A stretch of 62,961 bases of DNA, counting the filler, from Octopus bimaculoides (Eukaryota): NCBI RefSeq assembly GCF_001194135.2. It is 6 parts of 4 records of this genome, joined end to end, with 100 filler letters (N's around TTAATTAATTAA, not from the genome) between each part and the next. Parts side by side here need not be neighbours in the genome. Positions count along the whole stretch, not along the records: positions 60,358 to 62,961 come from NC_068996.1; 5 more parts are not named here. One strand, written 5' to 3'. Within the stretch, counting starts at the first letter, position 1, and each line of letters opens with the position of its first letter. Below the pieces are notes generated by a model. It was not told the DNA's origin. It searched no databases and saw only the letters and a program-made list of their open reading frames with translations. The position numbers and the translations under genes were made by a program. Below are positions 62,590-62,961 of this stretch, one piece after another.

Positions 62590-62860
62590 AGGAGTAAATG
62601 TAAGGATAAACAAATTTGGCAAGTTGATATGCAAAAAGTATCAAATTCATCTTATACAAAAAGTGTGCATATGTTTACATATAAAAAGGTCCGACTAACA
62701 CAGAATAGAAATGATATGAGGAATTGAAGGGTTGAATAATTAATTGTTTTCCGAGTTCGACAGCTGTTTCTGGTGGATTGGTGGTCCAAAATGATGATTG
62801 TAAATTGATTCCATCATCGGATAATACTAACCTCCGTCTTCAGGGAAGAATTTTACATTT
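62590..62860 (-). repeat. Family F Penelope-terminus-like fragment with hammerhead relics
   Basis: Minus strand: TTCCCTGAAGACGGAGG (also at 9631-9650 plus) ... CCGATGATGG...CCAGAAACAGCTGTC; homologous to 22163-22380. Confidence 0.6.
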
Positions 62861-62922
62861 GAGGTGTTTACTGAAAGGAGATTAAAAATTCTCCTTTCTC
62901 TCTATATATATGTACATATGCA

Positions 62923-62961
<39 letters not shown>

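Overview
AT-rich, repeat-saturated animal DNA with no complete host gene. The SINE families, microsatellite load and Penelope/RTE content strongly resemble an Octopus (coleoid cephalopod) genome; this is inferred from repeat style, not from a database match. Nearly all long ORFs in the supplied track are microsatellite or N-gap artefacts. The real coding remnants are all transposon-derived: Penelope-like (PLE) RT/GIY-YIG pieces (4.3-5.6 kb, 60.6-60.9 kb and smaller ones), an R4/Dong-like RLE LINE 3' end (15.2-15.8 kb), RTE LINE fragments (21.4, 28.0, 38.2-39.9 kb), a Merlin transposase (31.9-32.7 kb), a Tc1 5' end (39.9-40.4 kb) and a hAT C-terminus (47.8-48.2 kb). Several tRNA-headed SINE families (my labels A-D) are scattered throughout. 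Five identical N44-TTAATTAATTAA-N44 blocks are artificial scaffold joins. The most interesting layer is RNA structure. There are several minimal type I hammerhead-ribozyme folds, some with recurring core variants. One hammerhead-bearing module follows a tRNA-like head in one copy and shares its tail with a Penelope element, making it a candidate Penelope-mobilised SINE or retrozyme. There are also three long fold-back palindromes and a perfect 22-bp hairpin.
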